NCBI RefSeq assembly: GCF_009914755.1
Contig: NC_060934.1
Direction: 5' to 3' (one strand)
DNA: 64,000 bases
DNA from: the human T2T-CHM13v2.0 reference genome, Homo sapiens
Below are positions 1 to 17,301 of this stretch, piece after piece (position 1 is the stretch's first letter; each line of letters opens with the position of its first letter). The notes under the pieces are model-generated. The model had not been told where the DNA came from and searched no databases. It was given only the letters and a program-made list of their open reading frames with translations. The translations under genes and the position numbers were made by a program.

Positions 1-1054
1 TTAAATTCATTGGATTTTAATAATATAAAAGTATAGCTAATTGTTCAGTTTTAACTATTTTTAATTATCTTCTTAACAAATAAGAAGTTGCTTTAAACAT
101 TAACCAATTTTCTATATTTAGCTATACAGAGTAATTGAACTTAACATGTTTTTGTCAACACCAATTACATTTTCAGCTTTTAAAAATGGTAGCTTTTGTG
201 AAATAGAATCAGTGACCAGTATAGCACTTAGATCCCTTCTAACTCATATAATTTTTCTCAGCCAATCCATTCACAAGCTTGGCATTGACATGTGCTGCTA
301 GTTTATAAACTGGCATTGACGAAAATCATTTGAATCTCTTCTGGCTGAGATAATTTGCCAATGCAAAATACAGTTGTCATTAATCCTGCACATTAGAAAT
401 TATTAGAAACATATTACTTTTTAACTTTAAATCTCAAAGAGATTTTGAGTTATTGAATTCTTAAGGCTTTCTTAGCTTGAACTGATAACTATGCATTATG
501 AACCCTAAGTCAATATATTTTTGGTGGTTTTAGTGATCAGTAATCAAATTTGTACTTATTATGCTTGTTCAGGTAATTTACTTGACTGTTCTATTTGTTT
601 GTCCAAAAGATAAAATGATGAGAGAGATTCGAGAGGTCTTTGATCTGTCTCCCTTTTAAGAAATGAAGCCAGCTGGTAATGTATATTCAGGACTTCCTCA
701 GAGTATTGGCCAAGAACATAATGTTTACACAGGAGTACCTTGGTATAATGCATACATTGTCTCATGATACTAGTCATAAAATATTTTATGGATTATTTCA
801 CATTCTTCATATATAACAAGTAAAATTAATTCAGTTTTCTTCTCCCAACGTTTAATTCTGAATAACTCTATCTACTTTACCCTAATTTTTAGCCTCTTAA
901 TTTCTGGAAGGACTCTAATTTCTATTCCAAATTTCTATGAATTCTAATTGTAAATTATCGGAACAGAGTTTTATTTATATGACCTGGTACTAGACTTCTT
1001 AATATAACTGTTACACTGTCCTTGTCTTTCCTACTCAAAGACAGTATCATCTGA

Positions 1055-1413
<359 letters not shown>

Positions 1414-2157
1414 ACCATTTTATCTCTCTAAAGTCTGGTCCCAGTATTAAACCTATTCTTTAGTAAACTCATATTACTGTCCTAAATTGAAGAAATTATT
1501 TATTACTCTGTACTTCTAGACTCAAAATTCTTTATCAAAGATAGTCTCAAAGAGGTAGTACAAGTCCTGTTTAACTGCACTTTTTCACATTCACAGTGCT
1601 TCCTCTGATATCTTTCCTTACATCATTATACACTGTTGATATCATTTTACTCTTCTTTCTCTTCTACATTTCTTAAATTTTGGTTCTTTTCCTGTACATG
1701 TGTTTTAGCGGGGCCCTTTTCTTTGAACTTTGTCTAATTAGCCTGTACATTTTTGTTTCTTTTAAGGTAGAACAGATCTTTTTTTGTTTCTCCTTTTAAG
1801 TCTACTGGTTTTAAAAGAGGTAAATGTATCCATAGACCACAGTGCCTTGCTTTTTCCTCTGCCAGCACATGGAGCACGGGATTAGATGCACAAACCTATT
1901 TAGGGAACTATTTTGGTAGATGTTTGAGTTTATACAGAAATTGCAGCTGGTATTTTATTTTGCTGTACATTTACTCAACTTGTCCATTAGTATTTAACTA
2001 TTTCCAGAGTTTGTTTAGGAGTAAGAATTGACCCATTCGTTAGTTTACCATATTTTTTCCTGGTATAAAAAGGAGCCAGAAATAAGCCTTATTGCTAAAT
2101 AATTAATTATGTAAGCCCACCTAGGTCCTGCATAAGATCCCCCTCACATACTTCACA

Positions 2158-2193
<36 letters not shown>
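2158..2193. repeat. (TA)n(TG)n microsatellite
   Basis: Direct reading. Confidence 0.95.
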
Positions 2194-3500
2194 ATTTGGC
2201 TAAAAAATTATACTGCCAAAATTACTGATTATAAATACTTGACTACACTGATTGATGGGACAAAATGATTAAAGTATTTTCAGGGATCTTATTCCATATG
2301 TCACCACCAAAGATTTCTACAGTGTTATAAAGTATATAAATATTCCAAATTTCTGTGGTTAAATATTTTTTTCTTTTTTTTCCTTTTTTAGAATAACACA
2401 GTCTGTGCTTTCCAAAAATGCTTGAACTTTTATGTTGTTAAGAAATATATAATGATATCTTACATTAAGCATGAGTCTAATTTGTATTAATTGGGATGGA
2501 CTAAATTTTCATTTGATTATCAGGAAAATTAAGGAGTTATATATTTAAAAGCAATTTTCTGTGTTTTCTTCTTTGTAAGTTGACTCATTTGTGAAGCAAT
2601 TAGGCAAATTTTGAGAAGATCATTGTTATTGTGGTTTGCAGTATATATTTCTTAGTAAATATCACTTAAGATTAAATTTTTCAGAAAGAAAATTATAGCT
2701 TTTTTCCCAAAATATTTTTAAGATTTAATCTTTTTGTAGTATGCTACAGATTTAATTATATTAACTCTTTTTTAAGACATTGACCATGACTTAACATTTT
2801 GCCTTCTAACACCTTTTAAATCTATGTACTTTAATAGTTAAGAGAAAATAAGTTTGCAGATTTTTAATAATCTGTTTGTAAAAGGCTATCTCTAAGCCTA
2901 GTATGTGGGTAATTTTACAGGTGTGTTTTTTGATAACTTTAATATAAAATAAACTCATTTTATTTGTGGCAATTCGCGTTTCTTTTTTTATGCCAGAGTA
3001 CATATGTTGGATTCCATGAATTGGTATTACTTATTATTATGTGTTGATTAAATATATGCACACACTTAGGATTACAGACCACAGAGCAAATTATGAAAAT
3101 CATAAACATTCTGGTATGGTCGTCCATAGGATTATGAAAAAGAAATACTGAATTGTTAAATTTGGATGTTAGAAAGGGAAGATAGGAAAAACAATGAGTA
3201 CAGAAATCCTCACCATCAATTTGGATGGGTTAGCTGTCTCAGGCATAAAATGTAACACAAAATTCAGATTTATGTATCCTGGAAATGTTCTGGGGTTCCA
3301 TCTGTTTTAAAGTTAGACGTCTGTCTGCCTCACATTTAAGCTTTAGAGAGAAATCCTATGTTTTAAGAAGTTTCTTTGTGTTACTTCATTATGACACATA
3401 ATGCGTGTTAAGGTCTTTCTAGATAGCATTTTAAATGGAATTATTTTCATTTTCATTATGAGGTATATACTTGTAATGATCTAAAGAGGTTAGAAATATA

Positions 3501-3557
3501 AATAAAAATTCAAAAGAACACAATATATGAACGGCATTTTTTTTCAGTGTTTTAGTC
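3501..3557 (+). terminator. Cleavage/polyadenylation signal with downstream U/GU-rich element
   Basis: AATAAA 3501-3506; ttttttttcagtgttttagtc about 30 nt downstream. Confidence 0.7.
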
Positions 3558-4705
3558 TCCCTTTAAATCGTTCACTGTTCTGAAAAAAGAGATTTACAAA
3601 ACAAACATCATGTCAGAGGCTGATGAATTGTTCCCTGGGAAAACATTCTACCCCTTTACCTACTCATCAGTATTTTAGTCTTAAAACACTCTCCTTATGG
3701 TCTGTCCTTGGTAACGTTTTTTAAACTGCTTTTTATAAGACAATGCTTTGAATTGAAATTTTAAAGCACAGGATTGATAATTGTCTATAAGTGTAAATAA
3801 CTAAAGGACCATGCTCAACAAAAGCAGGAAAGTCACCATGCGTACTGTTTACCTTACAATCCCAGATTAAGAGAGAAAAAGGCAAGCGTGTTATTTTGGC
3901 ATTATGTGCAAATCAAATCAGCATCTATTTTTTTTTAATTCAAAAATATCCACTGATTACCTGCTTCTTATGAGAGCACTGTTAGGTTTCTGCACAATGC
4001 TTATATCCAAGTAAAGTAGCATAGAATTAATTTAAGGGAAACAATTCTTGCTCTTAATAAAATGAATTCACCATTACCAACCAAATCAATGTTTGGATTA
4101 TTTGAGTATTATTTATTCTAGAATTTATTCTTGGCTATTGAATAATTCATGTGTTTCTCTCAGAGCAGTTTTTGTTTTTTAATTATTGGTTCCCTTCCCC
4201 TACCTCTTACATCCAATACATTGGTAAATTGTTTTGGCTGTCTTATCTCCAGAATACATCCTGAATCTGACCATCTCACTCTTGAAACCTTACTACATTT
4301 TCAGTAGCCTTGCAAATTTTTCAAGGTGACTTTTAACCTTGAGTCCCTTAGGACTGCCACAGTTTCTTATATTTTCAACCGGTGCCTTGGGGAATACTCA
4401 TAAAAAGAAAGTTGTGAAGGGAGAGAACAGGATCAGATGCTTTTGCACATCAGTCTTGTGTTTTTCTCTTCCAATCACTGTTTAATGCTGAGATTTGGAA
4501 AAGATGCGTGAGGAGAGTTAATGAAGCCAGGTTAGAATATCTGGCTGAATTCTAATGTGTTTTGACAGGATGTTAAACTACTGGGAAACATGGGGTATAT
4601 GTGGGCATTTCCCCCATGGCAATGCTAAGCATAATTTAAGTCACTCTCAATTTGAGGGCTACAATAGATATGGTAGTGCTAAGAGTCAATAGTAAGTACC
4701 TGAAT

Positions 4706-5067
4706 TAGTCAAGGTTCTCCAAAGAAAAAGAACAAATAAGATATGTAGAGAAAGATTTATTTCAAGGGATTGACTGGTGATTGTGGACACTGGCAAGTTC
4801 AAAATCTACAGGGTGGGCCAATACACCAGAGACCCAAGGAAGAGCTGATGTTTCAAGTACAAAGGTAATTCTGCTGGTAGAATTCTCCCTTCACCGTTGG
4901 ATGAGGCTCTTCCACATTATGGAGAGTAATCTGTTTTACTCAAAGTCTACTGACTTAAACACTAATTACATCTAGAAAATACCTTTACAGCCACATAGAC
5001 TACTGTTTGATCAAATGCCTGGGTACCATGGCCTAGCCAAATTTGACACATAAAATTAACTATCACA
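4706..5067 (-). mobile_element. MLT2-type (ERVL) LTR
   Basis: Reverse complement begins tgtgatagttaattttatgtgtcaa, the MLT2 5' terminus. Confidence 0.8.
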
Positions 5068-5091
5068 GTATCCTTAAAATTAAATTCCAAA

Positions 5092-5384
5092 AGCTAGGCG
5101 TGGTGGCTCACGCCTGTAATCCTAGCACTTTGGGAGGCCAAGGTGAGTGGGTCACTCGAGGCCAGGAGTTCAATACCAGCCTGGGCAACATGGCAAAACC
5201 CCATCTCTATGAAAAAATACAAAAATTAGCTGGGTGTCGTGGCGCATGCCCATATTCCCAGCTAATTGGGGGGCTAAGCTGGGAGGATTGCTTAAACCTT
5301 GGGAGGTCAAAGCTGCAGTGAGCTGAGATTGTGCTGCACTCCAGCCTGGGTGACAAAGTGAGACCTTGTCTCAAAAAAAAAAAA
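5092..5384 (+). mobile_element. Alu (AluJ-like)
   Basis: Dimer, A tail, TSD aaattccaaaa. Confidence 0.92.
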
Positions 5385-5649
5385 TTCCAAAAGAAACTCC
5401 ACTTCAAAATATAAAGTCATAAATTCAGTATGTAGAAATTATAAATATTTTATTAATTTATCTTGTAACGAAAGGGGATGTTGTAGCACGTGATGTATTT
5501 GGAAGAAGAATTAATACTTTATAAGGCTTGTGATGCCCCTTACATTCAGTTGTGATAACCAACAGTAGTATATGTTTGTTTTCACACTTTGCGAAGAGGC
5601 ATCATCCCGATTTTACAAATACGCAGAGACTCACTAGTGACCAACCTGT

Positions 5650-5961
<312 letters not shown>

Positions 5962-6949
5962 CTACGACCCAAGCAACCGCAATGTTTGTGACTTCGGACT
6001 CTGTTGTTAATTACGTCACAGTTGGTTGTCTTAGAGATCACAGAATACTTGGAAAGTTAACATGGAAATGATTCCTTCCATACATGTATTATATAATACA
6101 AAAGTTTCAGATTATCAGAATGTTAAATGAAGTAAAGTTGTTAAGTCATTGGAAGTTAATGGATTTGGTTTCAAGAGTAGCTTTAGTACAGAGAGAAAGG
6201 ATGCTTTTAAAGTGAATAGAAAAAAATGAAGACAAATAATTTACTATCAGTTATGGACTAAGACAAACAGGAAGAATCTGAAGAGAGGATGCAGCTGAAA
6301 CAGGAGGAGTATCCTCTCAGGAAGTGCTTTCCTTCCTTCCTCTCCTTTCCACCAACATTTGTTCCACGGCTTCCTCTCTTCAAACCACACCTTGTAAACC
6401 CTTTTATGTGCTCTGTTCACAACAAGAATTTCATGTGCTGTTCCATACTGGGTTTTAACTAATAAAATGCACACACACACACACAAAAGGCCAAATGCCT
6501 TTTTACACAGGAGATTAACTTTATTCAGTCTTTAAGCTGAAAGCAAGTACAGTTAGGATATATAGCAGGCGACAGTTTCCATATGTTCTAGGAAAGTGGA
6601 GCTGTATTATTTATAGTTTACAACATGTTGTATAAAATTAAAGCTAGCAAGGGGGCTCCCAGGGAGGTAAATTAAACAAAGAAGGGAAGACTTAGAGAAC
6701 TCTATTTTGCTATAATCAGAGAACATGCCTATAAGAAAGCACTAAAAAAAATAATAAAAATAATATTTAACATTAAACAATATGCAAAAGTACTTGGGGT
6801 GTTTACAATAGCTTAAATTCTAAAATTAAAAAGGACATTGAAGACTGAGAAGGGGAAAAACACCTTAATTTTGTAATCTTAATAGAAAGAAAAATGTGTC
6901 CTAAAAGCAGGAGTAAATAAATGTCATTAAAAAGGTGTATCTTCCAAAG

Positions 6950-8150
6950 TGCAAAGACACGTTACAAGAAATCAGGTTGCTCTTTGACCCACCAGTCTCA
7001 AAGCACATTAGACTGCAGCAAGTAATAATTGCTTCCTCATTTAGATTAGACAATGAGTGCTCTCTGCAAGCTGCTCTCCTCTAAATAGATTGTAGAGAGT
7101 AATTGAAACAAGTTATATGGGGAAGTGGAGTGACCGATTCCTCAAAGTGTGGGAGCAGAGCTATGGTAACCTCTTGAGCCTGGCCTTCATCCTGTTCCTA
7201 TTTAGGGAATCCGCGGGGCAGCCAGTGTTGAGTGCAGTCTGCAGTTCGCCGGCTTTATTGTTCAGACTTGAAGAGAAGGTCACATGCCCTCTTTGACAGA
7301 GAGGTTTATGGGCTCTCTCTAATTAGCAGCACCCTCCACCAGACAGACTGTTGGCCACTTTCCAAGAACGGGACTTGGTAGCGGCCACTGATGAAGGAGA
7401 AAACAAGGTTATTTACCCTGCGACTGTAATTCTTGGCACAAATTCTCCCTTTACACTCAGACACGTTTTTTCTTTTGTTCCAACTTGCCTTTGGAATCCT
7501 GATTAGGGCGTTAAGAGAGGGAAATGCAGCTATATATTTAGTGGTGTAAGCAACCCATATGTTGGCCTTAGATACTTTTGACTATTCTAAGACCTCATAC
7601 CAAAAGAGAGAAAGAAAAAGGAAAACGAAAAGGGCAGCGTAGTCGAGCGTTGCTTGCAAATGTAACTGCTTAAGCACATGCCCACACACAACTCCAGAAA
7701 AGGAAGTTTAATTTGCAACATCTATAAAATAACGACAGTTGTATGGTAGGACACAGAAATCCCAGCGGTAAAGTGTGATTGGGCTTAGCTATTATTGGAG
7801 TGTTAAAAGAGTACCGGGAATATATTTGGCTTGTCCTGTTCTGTCAGTTCTGTAGGCCGGTGGATTAAGCTGATAGAAATGCTTTTTGGTTGATTTAAAC
7901 CAGATGCTCCGACTATTTTTGTCCCGTTTGCAGGCGCAGAAGCTCTGCATAAGGCAATACTGCCCCCCTCGGCCGACCGCCAACTGCAAGGCGTAGGAGA
8001 CTGCTCTCCACTAGCCACCTCGGCCATAAAACCCTTTCAAGTCCCTATTATTATTCCAGGCACATTCCAAGGGGATTGAGTCACAGAGTTCACTTGGCTT
8101 TTCTCCTGCCCTGAACTGCCTGTACCAGGTGGAATACGACTCTCAACTTC
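6950..8150. promoter_or_regulatory. Candidate enhancer block next to the CpG island
   Basis: No recognisable repeats. Homeodomain cores (ctaattag 7319, ggattaag 7862, gtaattg 7099), SOX-like acaatg ~7050, E-box cagatg 7901, reverse CCAAT gattgg 7777. Confidence 0.5.
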
Positions 8151-8199
8151 AAATATGGAATCCAAAAGCAGTCAAAGAGCGCTTTAGAGCAAGCCCCAG

Positions 8200-9450
8200 A
8201 TGCGAACTCTACTGCCACTTCTCCCCCTCCCCCAACTGGGGTTTGCTGGCTGCGCAGCTGTAGTCCCACGCCAGCACTAAGGTCGCCTGGTCGACAAATG
8301 AGGGTTTTCTTTGGGGCATCCTGTAGAGCTGTCCTATTTTCTCTACCACTTTGAGAAGCCCCAAGGGCTGCTTGGCGGCGAGGCACAGACTGGGCTGAAA
8401 ACTTTTCCGTTGGGCAGTGCGTCCCGGAGACCCAGGAGGCCCAGGCCGGGAGCCCAGGGGGCTGGAGGTTCTGCTGGCTTTTAAGTCTGCTAGGAGGGAA
8501 AACTCCCAGCCCCTCCCACGCGTCCGCCCAGACTCGCCGGCCGCCTGCCCCGGGCGGGGAACGCGCACATCTGGCGGCCCAGGAGCCACATCTGATGCAC
8601 TAACCCCCGCACCCAGATGTCCAAGAGGCCGGGGGAGTCAAAGAACGCCAGGGGCGGGGCGACCGCGGCTGCGGCTCCTCCCTCGGGCAGAGGGAGTCCA
8701 GATGCGAGGGACGCCCTCCAGAGCCGAGCTGGGCCGGCCGGGCAGCTAGGGTGCTGGGAGGTTGCGGTGCAGGGTGGGTGGGTGCAGTGAGGCTGGAGCC
8801 ACGCTGGGGGGGCTGGGCTGGCGGGGGGAGGCTGGAGCCGCGCCGGGGAGAGGGAGGCGGCGGTTGGGTGCTGGAGGGCGCTGGTGCCGTGCCAGTGGGC
8901 GGTGGCGCCTTACGCCACCCGCCCCACCCCCGTCACCGTGCCCGCCCCACTGCGTGGGATTTTACAACCTAGGTCCCCGGGAGGTGGTGGTGGAGGGAGG
9001 GGCGGCGGGGACGTTTCCGGGGCGGGGGAGGGGCGCACTGCTCCAGAACTGGACCGAGGGCGGGGCTCCCCTCTGCTTCTCCCCTCTGTTCCAGCGCTGA
9101 GACGCAGGCCTTTCCTGGCGCGAAGCGACTCGCCCCGGAGCTCCCCTGCACCGTCCTGGGTGTCAGGACGCGTCAACCCAGATGACCCGACCCGGAGATC
9201 CTGGATCCTCTGCCCTCTTCCCCCTACCAAGTCCTTAACCGGAGAGGGAGGAGCTACCAATGTCCTCCAGACGTTCTCCAAAGCCCGAGCTGCCGGGAGA
9301 AGCTTGCTCAAGGCGGGTGCGCCCCTCAGACGTTTGTTTGCACGCAGGGGTTTTGACGTTTCGCTAAGCAACAGCGTTTGCCAGGGAATCAGGGCTGTTT
9401 CGAAGAGCTTGCGTCTATTTGATGCTCCCATCTTGAACAAATCGTTTCCA
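8200..9450. promoter_or_regulatory. CpG island with no recognisable coding first exon (orphan CGI)
   Basis: Very high GC and CpG density against an AT-rich background; GC boxes (ggggcgggg ~8651, ~9019); clustered E-boxes. Confidence 0.88.
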
Positions 9451-9966
9451 TTCGATTTGTTTAACCAAGGCGAGGGCGGACTATGTTGTTACTTAAAAGT
9501 TATTCTTCATCCAAGCTGTCCTCAGATTTTCATCTAAGGGTGTCATAACACCCCAGGTCGTTGCGCAAATGTTTTGTGACAATTTAGAAAACCAGAGGGG
9601 GGAAATATCCTTAGAGAAAAAATCATAACCAACAAGAAAATTATGTTAAATGATGTTGGTCCTTTTTCATCGGATGGTCCCAGTTGACACATAGTCTTTT
9701 ACAAAACCAGTGACTATTCACAGTCTTCAATTTATGGCACATCTCCCGGTGGGGGCGAAGTGCATGAATGGGTCCCACCTTATTCACCAGCTGAAACTCT
9801 GAACAAGCCTTGGGGTTTCCTCTCCCAAAGACTGCCAGGCTTCACTAAGAATCAAAACAAAACAGGATACTAAATGCCTGCGGTAAGTTTTCAAATATGA
9901 GCTCTTCCATTGCTTATTTCTGTGAATTGTGGCAAATTGCATAATGTCTTTTGCCCCTGGTGCTGC

Positions 9967-10254
9967 TTAGAGACAGGGTCTCACTGTGTTGCGCAGGCTA
10001 AAGTACAATGGCACGATCCTAGCTCGTTGCAGCCTCAAACCCCTGGGCTCAGACTATCCTCTGGCCTCAGCCTCCCAACCAGCAAGGGTTACAGTCGCAT
10101 GCCACCACACCTGGTTAATTTTTTATTTTTGTTTTTTAGAGATAGGGGACTCACTATGTTGCCCAGGCTCGCCTGAAATTCCTAGCCTCAAGCATTCCTC
10201 CCAGCTCAGCCTCCCAAAGTGTTGAGATTACAGGCGTGAGCCACCATGCCTGGC
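9967..10254 (-). mobile_element. Alu (old AluJ-like)
   Basis: Diverged dimer. Confidence 0.9.
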
Positions 10255-11121
10255 AAGCTTCATCATTTCTAAAATGTAACTGTATATTTTAGAGTAGCAT
10301 AGGAGTGGTGTAAGGGTTAAGGATTAATGATACTGCAAATCAAGTGCTTAACACAAAGTTTAATGCATAGGAAGAACATAATTGTTATTATCAATGTGAG
10401 TAGACTGTTTACCACCAAAATGAAAGGTGTGGGCAATGGTAACTGGGTGGCCTCCAGAGATCCTTTTTTAAAAGGAGTATGAGTTTTAATACATTTGTTG
10501 AATGAATAAAACCCACAACACTCTAGGCACATCTCCAGTCCTTGCCCTGGCAGGGCTTTCAGTCTAACTAGAGGAAATTGGATGAAATGATAATGATGCA
10601 TACCTAGTCTTTCGTCATACTGTGAAAGCCTTTTAAAACATGGATTTGACTTCTGGGTTTCCCATTATAACCGCTTCCCAAAGAAGATTGTTCGTTCTTT
10701 CAGAAAATTTCACTAGGGTGATGATAAGGTATTACCAGATGTATGTTGAAAACATCCTCTTCCTTTTTCTGTGTAGCCCCTTCTTCCTTTGGAATTTTAG
10801 AAGAATCTGATCAAGGCAACCTCTGTATTAAGTGAAAATTTGGGAACTCAAAAATATATTAGATGCACAGAAAGTGCAATTCTGAAAAGGTCAGGGCTAT
10901 TGCGTATAGAGGGGAGCTGCTGAAACTATAGGAGTCTTTTAAATTTTTCAGGCTCAGCTTCCTTTGCTTTAAAGTTAAAGAAGGGTTGGACTAGTTCTTC
11001 CTTCCTGCACTCAAACTCTTTGGTTTCAAAGGTAGCTGTGTCCAGGTATTTTCTGTGTATTCCAGAGCCCTGACCAGGAGGGGAAGGACTTTGAGAGGCT
11101 TTGGGCTTGACAAAATATCAT

Positions 11122-11274
11122 GGCCAAGTGTGGTGGCTCACACCTGAAATCCCAGACTTTGGGAGGCTGAGGCAGGAGGATCGCTTGAGCCCAGGAGTTT
11201 GAGACTAGTGTGGGCAACATAGTGAGACCCTGTCTCTTAATAAAAAAAAAAAAAAAGGAGAAAGAGAAAAAAAA
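11122..11274 (+). mobile_element. Alu monomer (FLAM-like)
   Basis: Single left-arm monomer with A-rich tail. Confidence 0.85.
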
Positions 11275-11360
11275 ACCATGGAGTGAAGAGAGGCTAAGGA
11301 ACTCAGACCAGTACTGAATTATAAAGCAAGGTAAAGTGTCTATAACCAGGTATATATTAA

Positions 11361-12013
<653 letters not shown>

Positions 12014-12439
12014 AACATATTTCAATATATATAGTGGATATATTAATATATACATTGGTATATATATTTTAAAAATAAGAGGTACCTATGTATTTATTTC
12101 TGGCTTATCTATAGTATAGATTCTGTATACACACAGATCACCCTGTGAGTCTTCCTAATACCTACAAAACAGGTAGAATTTTCTTCTTTTGTCTATGATC
12201 GTGGTCTGAAGGATGACTTTTCAGCAGCAGAAGGGACTGGAATGGAAGGTGTCCATGATTTTGGCTGGAAGAGAGAAGTGTGCCCTCTTGTGGGTCTCCT
12301 GTCATGTTCTCAGAAAGTTCCTCAGGATAGAGCTGTGGCCTTTGTGGTCAGGGCTCTAGTCCCATTTTACCTTCAGATGCCTCCTATGCAATTTTTTTCT
12401 CATCATCTTCCCTGAGAAATATTTCCCAAATAATAACAC

Positions 12440-13996
<1,557 letters not shown>

Positions 13997-14244
13997 CAAA
14001 TCAAACTACGGTCACTCAGTGACAGAGAAAGAATGAGAACAATTTAAATAGTGTGAGGAAGTGTGTTTACTATTTTGCTCAGTAAATGTATGCACTAGAA
14101 CAAGTATGAGATGGGAGATGTGAATCTACTTTATCTCTTAGTTCCCCTGTGCTATTCACAGTATGATCAATGTGCCATGCTGGGTGTTTAAAGATGCTGA
14201 CAGTTTGAACAGCATGGCCCTTACATGCAGAGAAGTTCCGTAAT

Positions 14245-14430
14245 GAGTTTGAGTCCTGGATTCACCACGTTAGTGTCTGACCTTGGGGAAGTTACTTACG
14301 CTTTCAATGCCTCAGTTTCTTCATCCATGAAATGAGGCTAATAATAGTACTACCTCTATAGGATTGTTATAAGGATTAAATTAATAATATAAATATCTTA
14401 GAACAGTGCCTAGAACATAGTAAGCCATGT
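14245..14430 (+). mobile_element. MIR
   Basis: gtttgagtcctgg..tgaccttggggaagttactt..gcctcagtttcttcatc core. Confidence 0.75.
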
Positions 14431-14523
14431 CTGAGTATTTTTAAAGCAAACCTATTTGGCTGTACTTGGTTCTCCCCTTTCTTGGGGACTTTATAACTTG
14501 AGTACTTATAAGATACTACTCTG

Positions 14524-14790
<267 letters not shown>

Positions 14791-15677
14791 CTACTCTGAA
14801 GTGACTGGCATTGGAATTTTCATCATGCTTTTAGACCAGTAATTTTAGTTTTAGCACCAAGTACAATAATTATTTTATAACCATTGCTAGTCTAGCATTT
14901 TTGCTTAGCCATAAATTCCATTTAAGCCAAAATATCCCTAACTTTGCAAAAAACTGTACCTTCAGGGGACACCACCCAATTATAGTTGAAAAAAAGATGT
15001 TTCTTCCTTTTTAATTCTGTAGGCTTTTCTTGGCTGGCATTTCCATAACATAATATTGTTATTTGGTAGTTGAGTGTCAGTCAGCTCTACAGAAAAATAA
15101 ATACCAGTGATCTTGCTAAACCTGTGTACCAAATCATTCCTGAACTAGGGGAGTGGGCCAGATAACCTTTGGAAGGCTTTTTAGCTCTGTTTTTCTGTGG
15201 TTTTCGTAAAATGAAAATAGCTCAGAAATTAGAGGTTCTAGATTTAGCACTATGTGAACTGGGCCCGGATGCTTTGTGAATCATGGACAATTGAAATAGT
15301 TTAAACTCAGCTTATTTGGAACAGATTAGGTCCATATTCGGGTTGAACAAGAATGAAACCTGTTTGAACTGTGGACAGGCTGTCAGCACCCTTCTAGGCT
15401 CAGCTTTTCACTTCTCTTTCTAGGGCCTTGACTCGTTCATATATAACTGTATGAATGCCTCTTTAGAAAGGACTGCAAACACCTCCAACTAGTGTTTGTG
15501 AAACCTCCTTGAGGTATTCTACATAAGATTCAATAATAAACACCTTCTGCAGTCTTTACCTTAGTTATGGTCCCATAAGTCATGCATTTATTCATCCAGT
15601 AAATATTCCCTGAGGGCTTAATATGTGCTAGGAATTGTGCTAGTACTAGCCACTTAGTTGTCCAAGTTAGAAACCTA

Positions 15678-16035
<358 letters not shown>

Positions 16036-16809
16036 TCACTCCCCACATTAGGTCAGCCACCAAACTGGTGCCAATACTACCTTCCAAATATCTCTTGAAG
16101 TTTTGTTCTCCTCTTCACTCGCTCCTGGTGCCACTATGTTGGTAAAAGTGGTGTAAGCCCAGCTACTGTAGAAAGCAGGGCACAAAGCAGTCTGCTAAGG
16201 AGGGGGAAGAGGAGGGGAAGATGGGACACAGTGAGATGCACTGTTATACTGTTTACTGTTGTGCAGTCATACAACAGGTCACTCAGCAGGCATGGGACGT
16301 CCCTGGAAGGGTTAACAAGGAGGAACTCCATCTTGGACTATTCCACATGAGAAAAAAGAGTGAGTGTGTCTTCCTGTCTCTCTCCTGGATCCATTTGCCA
16401 TTGGTGAAGGTTTACCCCATGGAGAGATAAACACCCCTGAATTGGATTGTGTCATCTGGCCGCTTGGCGGCTCTCAGGAAGGCAGATCCCAAGCTCAAGG
16501 TGTGGTACTTGTTCCAACTTCAAAAGTAAAGCAACAGGCACTCTGGAGATCTCAGAAAGTACACAAGGTTTGTTTCTCAATATAAACGAAGACCTCAGAG
16601 TTTTTTCCTTCAGATTCTTGCAAACGCCTACTAAGAGGACTTTGTACCTCTCACTTACTCCCTTCTAATCCATTCTTTACACTGCACCTACGGTGATCTT
16701 TGCCAGACTCAAATCTTTCACTAGCTCTCCTTAAACTCCAGGATACACTCTAAGATCTCTCCTTGCCTGCTTTCCAGTCCTCTTATTAAAGAGAAGTTTT
16801 ACCAATTGA

Positions 16810-17301
<492 letters not shown>

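Noticed and set aside
7958-8026. Two CTCF-like strings (ctgcccccctcggcc, gccacctcggcca)
   Set aside because: Spacing between CC and the G-rich core is 1-2 nt short of the CTCF consensus
8090-9537. Overlapping ORFs up to 217 aa across the CpG island
   Set aside because: Low-complexity G/P/R/A products on both strands, often non-ATG starts, no recognisable domain; expected from stop-codon scarcity in GC-rich DNA
16137-16570. LTR-like insert between L2 fragments
   Set aside because: Could not assign a family, termini or TSD with confidence
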